A stretch of DNA of 64,000 nucleotides, from positions 124,001-188,000 of the forward strand of contig CT868016.1 in assembly GCA_000165425.1 (NCBI GenBank), given 5' to 3'. Positions 13,697 to 25,923 of the stretch are shown piece after piece; the first letter of the stretch is position 1, and the number at the start of each line of letters is the position of its first letter. Both the position numbers and the translations under genes were made by a program. The notes under the pieces are model-generated. The model made no database searches, was not told where the DNA came from, and worked only from the letters and a program-made list of their open reading frames with translations. This DNA is from Paramecium tetraurelia. Taxonomy: Eukaryota.

Positions 13697-13736
13697 TTTT
13701 ATATTAGATTATTAATTTTAAATTTATGGGGGTTTT
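13697..13736 (-). promoter_or_regulatory. Ciliate snRNA/telomerase-RNA-type upstream sequence element (USE) plus TATA
   Basis: Minus strand AAAACCCCCATAAA at 13736-13723 (about -61 to -48) and TATAAAA at 13703-13697 (about -28 to -22) relative to 13675. This resembles the CCCATAAA-core USE found about 55 nt upstream of ciliate snRNA and telomerase RNA genes. Confidence 0.6.
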
Positions 13737-13828
13737 ATATTATAATTAATAATTAATAATTAAAGAATGTTCAATTTAATAATTGCGATCTTATGAGAAC
13801 TTTTTACATAGATAAATTAATATATATA

Positions 13829-15245
13829 TCAATACATCTAACTGTTCATAGTTATTCTTGTATGTTATTAGTTTTCGAGTTTTTTTCTGATTCTCTCATG
13901 TTACAAATGAATCGATCTAAGTTTGTTGATATAGAGACACACTTAATAATAAAAATCATAAATACCAAAGAGTAGAAGCACTATCAAAACGAAACAAAAA
14001 CTCACCAACAACTAGACGATTGGATTGTATTAATTACCCTCAATCCTTTAGACAATCAACTATTGAACGTGTTATTCATTTGTAGTATTGTAAAATAAAG
14101 TGAATTATTACTCCTCACTATTTTGGACATGTGAACATAATATCCGAAATGGCAATTTAATGATATTGCCTATGTAAAAGTTAGTTCCAGTAACTGCGAC
14201 GACCTTTTTGTCTTTCAAGATGAGATCATGCAATCCAATAAATTTCCATTCCATATCTTCAATGTAATGCGTATTGAATCCTAGAACTACAATTTCTTCT
14301 TGAGTTTCACTTGTTTACAGTTTCTGGATATTTTTCAACTTTTGAATACTTATTAATTTGTAAGTGAGAATGTCATATTTATTCAATTGAACATTCGATG
14401 ATATGTAAATGAATTTGTTGGTTGTTTGAATCTTGTCAGGATTGTTGAAATCTAGAGGGTGTTGGGAGTCTAGATTTATTACTCCTTTGTCATTCAGTTC
14501 AGCTACGATTAATCCGAGCTTTTGATCCAAAATGAACAGTTTGTTGGGCTCTATTTTATTATAACTAATGCCTATTGGATGCAGATGTAGATGCACAGCA
14601 CTGGAATGATGTTTGATTGCGATTTCTTGGTTTGGATAGTTGTAGTGGATTTCGTAGATGTCAAAACCATAGGGACCAACGGCAGTTATGATGTAGTTGT
14701 TAAGATGGTAAATTGTTTGATGCCTTTGTCCTCTATTGATGAGAAAGTAGGGTATTATAGTCCTGTTGGTAATCAATAGGATGGAGTCTTGTTGATGAAT
14801 AAAAATATTGTTGAACTTGTCTTTAAAAAAGGAGACATCGAAATCTTTGGATAAATAATCGGACAGGTTGATAATATCAATTGTTTAACGTTGTTGCGCA
14901 TCAATTTAGTATAGTTTGAGGTTGTCACTTATGATCCAAAATTGAGTATCATTCTTTTAAATAATTGCTATGAACTAATGAAAATAGAATTGAGTCTCAT
15001 CCATGAAATCTATACTTCCATTATTTTAAAAAGATTTACTTGATCACGTTGTCCTCTATGATTTTGAGTTAGTCGAGGTTATTCTGGATGATTGGTTTAT
15101 ATATCTGACATTATTCATTGGTTGGTATCAATTCAGCATTAATCGCAGTGGGTAATGATATTTGTAATTGATGACTGTATCTATATATCTTGGTGTCATC
15201 TACAATCAATTATTTTGAAATTTATATAATCAAGAATATTATCAT
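13829..15245 (-). CDS. Single-pass membrane protein with a signal peptide and beta-rich ectodomain
   Basis: MIIFLIIQISKQ start, 25-nt intron at 15015-15039, C-terminal TM LLVSFCFVLIVLLLFGIY, TGA 13829-13831. Confidence 0.7.
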
Positions 15246-15358
15246 TAATAATAATAATAATTCACTAATTGAACTTGAATTGCAAATAATAGTATACTGA
15301 GACTATTATACTCAATAATTTATTTAGATATTATTATCTATGTTAAATATATTAAAGA

Positions 15359-17011
15359 ATGCATTCTCAAAGAAACAAAAATCAGATAAGCAAACAATTT
15401 AATTTGCATAATTTGATCAATAACAACAGGGTGATCCTCCTTTGCCATAAGAATTTCCTAATGATTTCCAAATTATTGATGAACAGGCCATGAACATTAT
15501 AGAATCAGAGTATTATAATAAATAGCAAGTTGAGCCAGAATATCAGGAAGAACAGGAATTCGAGGAAGATCTTATCGAATATGAGGTCAAAGTAGATGAT
15601 TCATTATATGGAATTGCACTTAAATTTAGTGTTTGCGAAGATTAAATTATGAGGATCAACAACTTATCAAGTGATTTGATATTCCAAGGCTAAATTATTA
15701 AAGTACCCAAAGGAATTGAGAAGACATTTTCTGTTATTCCCATCCAAGAGTAAAAGTAGAAATCTGAATATCTATGGAACCCTGACACTATTGCCTAAAA
15801 ATGTAATGCAATTCATTATTATAAATAGTTGATGTATTTTATTGTAACAACAAATAAAATGTCGAGGGCTAATTGACTCTTACTTCTGACTTAGTTCTTT
15901 TTAATCCTTTTTAATAAGATCATATCGAAGACAATCAAAAGAAAATAAGATTATAAGCATGTATCTCAATGCGAGATATTAATGAGGCTGTCTATTACAT
16001 ACTACCTAATAAAAATGGCCATTTGGATTATGTTGTGCAGATTTTACTCTCAGGAATAGGCAAACCAAAATTCGAAAAGAAATACAGAAAACAATTAGAC
16101 AGATATAAAGAATAAAAGAAAAGCATTGCAACTGTGTTTTTTAGAGTAATTCTTTTTTTTGATATAACTTATTTTAGCATGCTGAAAGAGACCATACAGG
16201 TAAATTGTATACTGAAGAAATCAAAAAACAAAATTGTATTATGATGGCTAGATTTATCACTGAAGCCTGTTCAAATTATACAGCCATTGTCGAATTAACT
16301 AAATTACCATTTATAGATTTCATTTAGGATACGACTTAGAAATAGAATTTAGATGTTGATGTAGATGCAGATGGGGATGCAGATGAAATTCAAGATGTAA
16401 TTGGAGAACGCATGGGAAGTATCATTTATTAAGAATACTTAGAATTATGGGCTAGTTTGGAGTATGTTCCTATTTTGAGAGGAAGTTCCAATTGTTTTAC
16501 TGATACAACCTATAAATAAGTTATTGAATCAATTCCTGCTATTTATCGATTAGCCAATTGGAATAAACTGTATGACATCGATATTGATGGATCCAGTTAT
16601 CAAAATATGCTACAAGAGATTAGACACATATTTCCAATTTTGTTAATCATTAAAGACTTTGATCTCAATATTTTTGGTGCCTATGTCTCAAGTGAAATTC
16701 ATAAATATTTTGAAGGTTTCAAAGGGAATGGCGAGACCTTTTTATTTAAAGTAGACACAGAAGTAAGGATTATATTAAATTAGAATAATGAAGTACTGAC
16801 TTACTCATGGACGGAAAAGAATAAAGATTTTATTTTTTGTGATGACACAGGGCTAGGAGTAGGATGTGGAGACAAATTTGGACTCTTTGTTGATTCAAGT
16901 CTTTTGTTTGGATATTCTAATCCATGTACTACTTTTGACAATCCAAGATTTACAAATCAAGAGAAATTCAAGATTAAGAATCTAGAATTATGGAGTATTG
17001 AACAATAATGA
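15359..17011 (+). CDS. LysM + TLDc domain protein (OXR1/NCOA7-like)
   Basis: LysM YEVKVDDSLYGIALKFSV...IMRINNLSSDLIFQGQIIKVP; TLDc WNKLYDIDIDGSS...FGAY...GNGETFLF...GLFVDSSLLFGYSNPCTTFDN...KNLELW; about 4 tiny introns. Confidence 0.9.
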
Positions 17012-17177
17012 ATTAGAGTACTATTTTATATCAATCAAATTACAATTCCTATATAAACTTGTTTATTTATAATTAAATTTATATCAGTTTACTGATTTAA
17101 CAATTTCTCTCATTTATTTTCTCCTTTTTAGATATTCATCTTTCCATTATTAATTAATTTTCTAAAAATCTCACAAA

Positions 17178-17818
17178 ATGAGTAATTTAAAATTGGAGGA
17201 AGATTTAAAAAGGTAAATTAATTCCTTGCTTTAATATTACATACAACAATATTTATGTAATGGTACTTTATCTCTTAATTATATTTTGTTGTTATATTAT
17301 AGTATTATTATGATAAATTTAAGGACCTATTTTAATAGTGGTATCATTTATTAATTATGTTCTAATCTTTTAATTTAACTAGAAAACTTCAAATTAATAA
17401 TGAAAGCACATTATATTGTGAAACCCCTAGAGCTATTTTTCGATCTGAAAGAAATATTATCGTTCCATCTCTGTTTTAGAAACTTAAATTAAAGCCTATC
17501 TAAGACTTTTAAGTACAAACTTAAACAAACAATAATTCAATAAAATCCTCATTAAAAAATAGCAATTTGTTCACTTAAAGAGATTAGGAGGATTTGCTGA
17601 ACAAATAGCGATTAAGACACAATAAGAAGTAGGTTAGTTTTAGTGATAAATTATTAATCATATAACCAAATAAAGGAGTCATCATAAGAGAAAGAATTCC
17701 TGAATTATCTGAACAAGTTAAAGTTATTCGAACAAGAAAAAGAAAGAATTGTATTTTAATCCATAGCTAAATTAGAACATTACAAACTTGCTAATCCACT
17801 TTCATTGATTAGCTTTGA
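17178..17818 (+). CDS. Small hypothetical protein with a KQVSF (RVxF-like) motif and an apparent 170-nt intron
   Basis: Exon 1 MSNLKLEEDLK(R) 17178-17212, GT..AG 17213-17382, exon 2 open to TGA 17816-17818. Confidence 0.55.
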
Positions 17819-17872
17819 CTCTTATTATAATATTTTCGATGTGGATATAAATATTAATTTTATTAAAAATAA

Positions 17873-18474
17873 ATGGCTCAAGATTAGAGATCTCCCTTTG
17901 AATTGAGAATCTGGCATTTCTATACTGAGGAAGAGAAATCCATCACACTCCTTAATGCATACAAACAAAGAGTATTGTTCTCAGAAGATATCAAATCTTT
18001 CCTTCTCAAGGATAGATTAAATACTTGGTCCTATTGGGGATTCCCTGTTGCATGCTATGCACTCTTTCATTATACTGGAGCACTGTAACCATACATCGCA
18101 ACAAAATACTCAGTAGGTGCCTAAAGATTGATTCCTGCAGCAATATCTGGTTTACTTTGGCTTGGTTGGGTCAATGTCAATCCATTTTACACTACTTTGC
18201 AAAGGTAACAAATTTCCCCTATTACTCTCTTAGTGAGAAGTTGAAATTACTGAATTTGATTGAGAAAAGAGTAGGCTTGAATATGAAGGCACTCAATGAG
18301 TAAGTACCTCGTACTTGGACAACATAAGAGATTCACAGATAAATCAGAGAAGCCTATAACAACAGACACGGATTTTTCACAAACATACTATATCCAAGCG
18401 AGGAAAGAGCCTCCCCATTATAGGATATTTCATCATATCCATTCAAATACAGAAGAGATAAAATTGTTAAATGA
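17873..18474 (+). CDS. Small two-TM protein, possibly mitochondrial inner membrane
   Basis: MAQDQRSPFELRIWHFY...WSYWGFPVACYALFHY...AAISGLLWLGWV; one intron at ~18205-18233; ends YPFKYRRDKIVK*. Confidence 0.7.
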
Positions 18475-18625
18475 TAAATTCCAATATATCATTTAGAATA
18501 AAATCATATTAATTCCATTATTTTTAACTTATTAATAGTTCTTAGCAAGCAATGAAGAAAAGGTTTATATTAAATTTATAAAGAATTCTTATAGTACTTA
18601 ATAAGATTATTATTATAATGGATTG

Positions 18626-19434
18626 TCATGCATATTCATTTTTTAATTTGAGTTTCTATTCAGTTTATGACAATAAGTTAGATTCCTTTTGATTATTTCT
18701 AAGTGTCTGCAATTTTCGAGCCTTCTCCCTCTCCTGAATAATTAATTATTTTCGGTTATGCTATAACAATGAATACTGACTGTTACTTCATTATATTGAG
18801 CCCACATTCTTTCATCATCTTTTTCCTGTTGTCTTTTTTATTCATTTTATTCTCTCTGTTTGGCTTGATCGTTCCTTATTTCTTATCTCTGTTATTCTGA
18901 CATACCTTTATAATGATAAGGTATCACTCTATGAGGAGCTAAAGCACTTTGACAAGTGGCAGTACTAGTATAAGATTTTTGAATTACTTCTCAGTCCAAA
19001 CATCATTATTCAAAATCTCTTCCATATGCTATTTCTTCTCCAGTTGAGCCTATCTAGCCATATATTCCTCTCTATCCTATTTCTCCTTTGCCAATTGATT
19101 ATTGATTTGCTAATTGGCAATTTCCATTTCGACTCTCCTCCTCTATTTCTCTTCCTCCAACTCCTTTAAACTCTAATTAATTTATAATGTCTGCTGATCG
19201 TATTATTATTATATCTGTTTATTCAATTGCTTTTTCTGTTGATTCTCTTGTGTTTATTATTATACCCAGTCCTTCATTTACAGTTACTGCAATTTTCTCC
19301 TGTCTCCAGCAGCTAAGAGAGTATATATATAACTGAATACTTAAGTCTTCTCCATCAAGCATTTTTAAATTGGAAACACCAACTTGATTTTTCATTTGTG
19401 CATGATTGTAGGTTGGATTTTGATAATGACTCAT
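18626..19434 (-). CDS. RIB43A: RIB43A-like ciliary microtubule inner protein
   Basis: GVSNLKMLDGEDL...RRKLQQLQMKDW and TEN...SALAPHRVIPYHYKGMS motifs typical of the RIB43A family; tiny introns. Confidence 0.85.
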
Positions 19435-19463
19435 TAAATTTAATATACTTTATATTTTAATAT

Positions 19464-20358
19464 TCAAGCGTTATATACTCCAATTACAATAGCGTGATCT
19501 CTTTCATATGGTTCTAGAGTGAGTTATTCTTAAGGTGTAAGTCCTTCATCCTAGAATATGCATTAAACTATACCTTTAAACGTTACACTTCATGTTGAAA
19601 TACAACTTCAGCACGATTGGTGGAATCAATACAGTTGGCTTTGATGGAGATCATGAAATGCCCTCCCTTTTTAAGGAAATATTATGAATTTAATCCAACA
19701 ATTCTGGCTTAATCAGGTTGTGCAACATCTGCAAACACAACATCCACCATTCCTACGAGCATTCTGTATTCCAATGGCTTTCTTGCATCAGCGATGATAG
19801 GCACAATGTTTGTTCTTTTCTTTGCCATATTTACAAGATCTCTACCAGATCTGTGAGAGAATTCCACTGCATAAACCACGCCTAAAAGACATTACTATTA
19901 ATCATACCTTCTGATCCTACGACATCTGAAACGTGAGACACTGTTGTTCCTGATGCAGCTCCCAAATATAATACTTTGGCACCTGGCTTTATGAAGATGT
20001 CACTAACACCACCAATTATACCAGCAGCAATCTTTGATCTGAATGGGTTCCAAACTCTATATTCGACTTTCTCTCCAGTTTGTTTGTCTTCCACTGAAAT
20101 TCTCTTTTCATTGTACACTGATTCTCCTGGCACCATGTTCTTTGTCACCAAAGCTTCTTGTTATCCTTTAGCAACAAAAACTCCTGCTAATCTTGGATGT
20201 GGAACCACAAAAGCCTTAGGAGCTCCTCCCATTCGGCCTCCTCGACCTCCTCGGCCTCCTCTGTCACCACCCCTACCTCTTGGGGCTCCTCTACCTCGGT
20301 CTCCTCCTCGACCGCCTCCTCTTGTGTCGCCTCTTCCTCCTCTGAAGTCTCTACCCAT
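19464..20358 (-). CDS. NOP1: Fibrillarin (rRNA 2'-O-methyltransferase)
   Basis: RGG/GAR N-terminus, [37 protein letters not shown]. Confidence 0.97.
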
Positions 20359-21069
20359 AAATTATATTTTAATATATTTAATTAAAGAAAATTGATTCTT
20401 TCATTCATTTTCATTTATACCTAATGCAACATCAGAAAAGCCCCCTTTTTATCTTGGATCAAACTTTCAGCTACGCCAATTGCATTTATTATTCTTATAA
20501 GGTTATTTAAAGCTGCTTGAATGCTATTATAGATATATTTTTATATATATATTGCTCAAAAAAATTAATATTAAATTATTGGTTTTTTTTTTGACTTTTA
20601 GAATTTATTTAATTTTATGAATCATATATGTACAATTAAAATAAGAAGCTAAAAGCTTATTAAAAAATCCATAATTGCTTTATCATTTGAATGTAAAACT
20701 TTGTCTGGGGATATTTTAAGGGAATTTTATATATACCCTCAAATTCAGCATATCTGCATAATTGGACAACTTTATTACAATTACTTAATGAAATAACATT
20801 TAAAATGTTATTCTAGGACAAAAAATAATTTATAAATAAAATACGATTGCAAAAAATGATTTGAGTCTAGACTATTATCAATTAGTAAAATAATTCATCC
20901 TCAATTGAAATTTATAGAGAAAGCGATATTGATTTTTTTTTGGAGTTTTCCTCATTTTAGATTTATTTTAAAATTCTAACTAAATTCTAATTTATTTCAT
21001 TAAATTAGCATTTAGATATAAATCGAAAATTGATGTTCATTTATAATAATAATCTGGTATATAATAAAT

Positions 21070-21735
21070 TCATTCTTTAATTTTCTGACTATTGTTTTCA
21101 ATCTATAAAGTATCTATGATAAAATGTTTTTAAATATTTCTTTCATTTGTGTTTATCTCAAAATATTAAGATTTTCCAATAAATTTAACATTGTCATGAT
21201 AAAATCGAAGATCATCACTTAAGTTTTTTGTCTTCTATCTTCTAAATAATGGTTTTTATGATCCATCTATACTACTTTTCTTATAGGTTTAATTTATATA
21301 ATCATACACTAAAACATCTTATTAAAATTCAACTTTTTTATTGTTTTAATGATGAGGTTAGTTAAATTGATTATTGTCTGCAATTTCATGGTTCTCTGTA
21401 GAAGTCTTCCTTGATGAATGTTACCCTTTAGCATTAGAATATAGTTCCTACTATATTGAACTTTTGATAAAAAACTTTTCATCAATCTCAGGCAGTTTGA
21501 TATAATCCATTTTCTCTCTAGGTATTTGATACCTTGGGCTGATCTAATGTTTTTAATCCTAATTGTCTTAAGGTACATAGATTTGCGGAAATATTATTTT
21601 CCTTTGATGTTGAGGTGATCCTCCTTTTTAGTCATGCTAAAATGGATGTAAGTGGGAATTAAATAATTTTTCTGAAATCTATTTTTTTAAGAGAAATTTC
21701 TTGATAGGGAGATACTCTTATTAATCTGTATTCAT
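21070..21735 (-). CDS. Hypothetical protein (221 aa) with a KKVEF (RVxF-like) motif
   Basis: Intronless code-6 ORF MNTDQQEYLPIKK...KKVEFQQDVLVYDY...*. Confidence 0.6.
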
Positions 21736-22098
21736 AGTGTTAGTAATGAAAAAGAGATTTTATTCACTTTAAATTATATAAATTATTTACAAAAATCTAT
21801 CCATCAAAATCTGAAATATTATTACAACCTTAATTTTAATATTATTAAAAATAAACTAATTAATTAAGATGATAATAGATTTCTAGTATTTGATAAATAA
21901 CTTAGTATTTAAATCTCTATTATGTTCTTTATTATGAAAAGATATAATAATTAATATATTTGGACTATGATAAATATTCAAATCACACTTATGTATCCCC
22001 AGAAAATTCTGAACACTCATTTTAACTTCTGATAAAAAATGAAAAATCTTCAATTGCATCATTAATTCTGATTGGAGGAAGTTAATAATCATTAATAA

Positions 22099-23316
22099 TC
22101 ACTTAAAGTAGATGTTTATTAATATCAACTCTTACTCCTAGTATATCGTCAATTTATAATTTATAAGTTAACAATTTTCCATATTCTGTCGTTCCTCTTT
22201 TAAATGTTCCTTCAGGCAAGCTGATATAATAGGATCCTTTTTTCTTTTCAATATTCTATAAATCGCCATCTGCTAATATACCAACTTCAAAATCTGCCTC
22301 ATCATCAATAATAGATAATTCTAATTCATATTATCCATTAAATAATTTAGTTGTATATATATTACCATCTTGTTATTAAGCCAATTATAATTAATTTAGG
22401 GATATTTTTTTATATGGATTTTACTATTTTTGAATTAATTATTGGCATTGTATATTAAGTTTTTATTCGACTTATTATATTTATTTTGCTACATCAAACT
22501 TCAAACTGTTAAGATCTTATTTGATTTAATTAACTATTTAATTTTGGCCTGCAGTATCTGATTATAGTTTTTCCAAATTCTTTTCAATTTTTTCAAATTT
22601 TTCATTTTACTTTTTTACTTCCTTTTCTTTTCTCCTTTTTTCTTGCTCTTCTGGATTTTATTCCTTTAAATTTAGTGAAATTTTTATATTATACTCAATG
22701 GTTTTCTTTCCTTTTGCCAAAAGTAATTTCACATCCAATGAAGAATCTTAATTTTTAAGCTTTAATTATACTGGGCTGCTATTATTAAAGATGTTTTTAA
22801 TATTATCTGCTATCTCTTTATTTAAATCATCCAAATCTGCAAGACTTTCTGTTTAGTTTTCGAAATCTTTCTCTGAGATAAATCCTTCATATTCATTGAA
22901 GTTTTCATAATTGACTACTTCAACAACCAGTCCTTATTCACTATTACCTTGATTCTATATTGGGATCAATTATTGAGGTTATTATTATTTTTATTAATAT
23001 TCATCTATTTTCTGCTATAATGTAACCCAGTTGTTACTTTGTTGATCAAAGATATAACATAAATTTGTTTATTCTTAAATTTAAGCTACGAAGCTTTATC
23101 CATTAGTAAAATTTACTCTTCCTCCTACAAATCCAGGCTGTATTTCCATATCTGGATTATTTTCTAAACTAATTTCATAAGGAACTTATTATTATGGAAG
23201 ATCGGTATTCTGTTGTGAGACTATTTTCGTGAATAATAAATACTTATTTTCTATTCAATTCTCCATTTCACTTCAATGTCCCTATCTTAAAAGTGATGTC
23301 TATTATTTTAGTTCAT
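22099..23316 (-). CDS. Hypothetical protein with a central coiled coil (405 aa)
   Basis: 1218-nt code-6 ORF from MNQNNRHHFQDRD to INIYFK*. Confidence 0.6.
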
Positions 23317-23974
23317 ATATTTCTATTAAAATTAATATTGAATTTTTATGAATTAGATTACAGCTTTGAACCGAAATAATAGAATTACGAAAGGATATAT
23401 AAAAAAATCAAAATCTCATTAAAATTCTCAATTTTTATATCGGTATGATAAAGAATCACACTGCAAAACAATAGCAAAATTGAAAAAAAGTATTTCATTA
23501 CAATTAGAACATTCTAAATTTGATTTAAGTTTATATATCAATAAATTTTTAGTAATTCACAATCCACAATAAAAGACATTGAATAATTATGAGATGGCTT
23601 ATAATTTATGATATAAAAATATCTTAGCTGATTAAAAATTTTATGAGTGTGAGAAAAAATCACCATAAAATTATTAGCCTACATCTTAATGAGTCAATGA
23701 GTTAAATATAGCATTGCTACAAGAATTAGTTGTAATTATATGTTAATTATTTATGCATTTATCAAGACACCTTACTATATCTAAAAGCAAGGTCTTATAA
23801 TATAAGAATTATTTAATATTTATTTTCAATATATATTTTTTAATATTAATGGAACCTATTTCTAATATAGAAAAATAAGTAAAACTAAATCAGTTAAAGT
23901 TAATTATAATACATTTTAATATTGTCTTAAATTTTTATGTGCTCTATAATTTTATTATATATTTAATAAATCAA

Positions 23975-25105
23975 ATGGGAAAAATTTTTTCAAGTCCTTA
24001 AGACTAAAATCGATAGAATGTAGTTCTTTAAAAATAATTTAAAGAAATTAATGACTCTAGCCAACCATGTGTTTCTATTTCAACCCATCGGCCAAAATAG
24101 TCTTAAGGAGAGACTAATCACTAGGATTATCCATGCTCATATATATTTTAAGAAACCAAATCATAAACAGCTCAGCAGGAATCTGAAAATATTTAAAGAG
24201 TTTCCTTAGATGAATCTCATGAACAAATTGTAATTGATGCTAGCGGAAGATTAGTTAAAAGCCAAGAAAATTTCAATCAAAATCATATATGTTATTATTG
24301 CAATAAATAAATTGAAGAATTACTTATCAAAGTGATATGTTAGCATAAATATCATCATGAGTGCTTTGTAAAATTAATTGAATAGTAATTCCTTTAATCT
24401 GATAGACATTATATTAAATGTAAATGTGGAACTAAACTGAATCCCAATCTTTTGAGATAAATAGTCGATAAAGAAGTTAGATATAAAATGTTATATTAAT
24501 TATTCTCTTCATAACTTTAAATAATATTGAAAACTTCAATAATAAGAAAAAACCCTGATCATAATCAAATTGTTTAACTCGTTTAATCCAATACAGTTTA
24601 ATAAGATTTTGATTATTAATAAATTGTTAATCAAACTGAACAAATGTAAATTAAAATATAAGAGATTTAATTTAAATCTAATGGAATGTTATATTAAAGT
24701 GCATCAAAATTATTAATTACTAGCAACTGTTAAGTATGTCAGAAGTAGATTGATTAAAATGTAATCAAATTAAATTGCGACCATTTTTATCATATAAACT
24801 GCTTTCTAGAATGGATGGAAATGTAAATTACAGATAGGACTAAGCATATAGTTAAGTGTAAATGCGGGAGCAAATTAAGCACAAATATCATTAGAACTTT
24901 ACCTGATCTTCCAAAACGAATGATGCTACTTAATCAATTATTTTCTTCATAATTGATTTGTATCCTAAAACTATTAAAGAAAAAGGATGATTTTATCTAA
25001 ATTATGGAACTTTTTCATAGATTTTAGAATACAGAGGACTACGATTATATATCGCATACGGGCTTTATTTATTAGAGCAATACTGATACCCCAGACGGAG
25101 AATGA
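23975..25105 (+). CDS. Tandem RING-like zinc finger protein with an N-myristoylation motif
   Basis: MGKIFSS start and two units of CxxC-x12-CxHxYHxxC-x17-CKC; 1131-nt ORF. Confidence 0.75.
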
Positions 25106-25923
25106 AATAACACATTATTTATATTACCATAATTTATCTTACGCAGATTATATCAATCAATGTTTAAATTAATACATTTTTCTTTTCTCATTCCAATGCT
25201 GTTTAAATTATTTTTTTCAAGTTTATCTCTTTATATCAATCTAATTATTTGTTGAACATAGAATTATTAAAATTTGTTTTTTGTTGCTATATTAATTTAC
25301 AAATTAAAAATACTCACTTAAAATCTTGTTATACATTATTTTTTTCTTGTTTCATTATTATAAGGGTTTCTAGAGCATAATGTAATTATGTAATTATCAA
25401 ATAAATTGGTCAATTATTCTAAATAGATCCAGCTGAATTAATTTCATCTAAAATATTATTTTACTTATCAAGAAATATGCAAATAGATTAAAAGTCTAGT
25501 TCTTTCTAAATTATTTGACGATTTTGTCGCCATCATATGTTCCTTGAGCACAATATACGAATAAATATAAGAATAGTTTTAAAATAAATATCTCCAATTA
25601 ATATATGTTGTTAAAATGATAATATAAATTCAATAGAATTTGTACAATTAAATTATTTATATATAACTTTTATCAATAGTATCAATATTTAAATTAGATA
25701 ATCGGGGCTGAAAGATGGAAATCTAAAATAACGTTAGTAGTTAAGAATGATGAATGTCTAGAACATATGTATCTACATTTTGTAATTTTCCATTTTAATT
25801 GTTGCAAAATATATATTAGAGTTTCTTAGAATAGTACTAATAAAATATTTGTGATTTATTAATTTATTGAATATTCATTACAATTATTGTGTAGATATTT
25901 TTTTTTCTAAATTTTGATAATTA

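Noticed and set aside
19976..20395. Pro-rich plus-strand ORFs in the supplied track
   Set aside because: Antisense shadows of the fibrillarin RGG region.
20430..20715. RNase MRP RNA (GAAAAGCCCCC ... GGGG)
   Set aside because: The downstream GGGGAUA cannot complete the P4 helix (GGGGCU expected), and the intervening sequence is unstructured AT-rich DNA.
20424..20860. ~145-codon plus-strand code-6 ORF
   Set aside because: Extremely AT-rich with no protein-like composition; this length is attainable by chance with a single stop codon.
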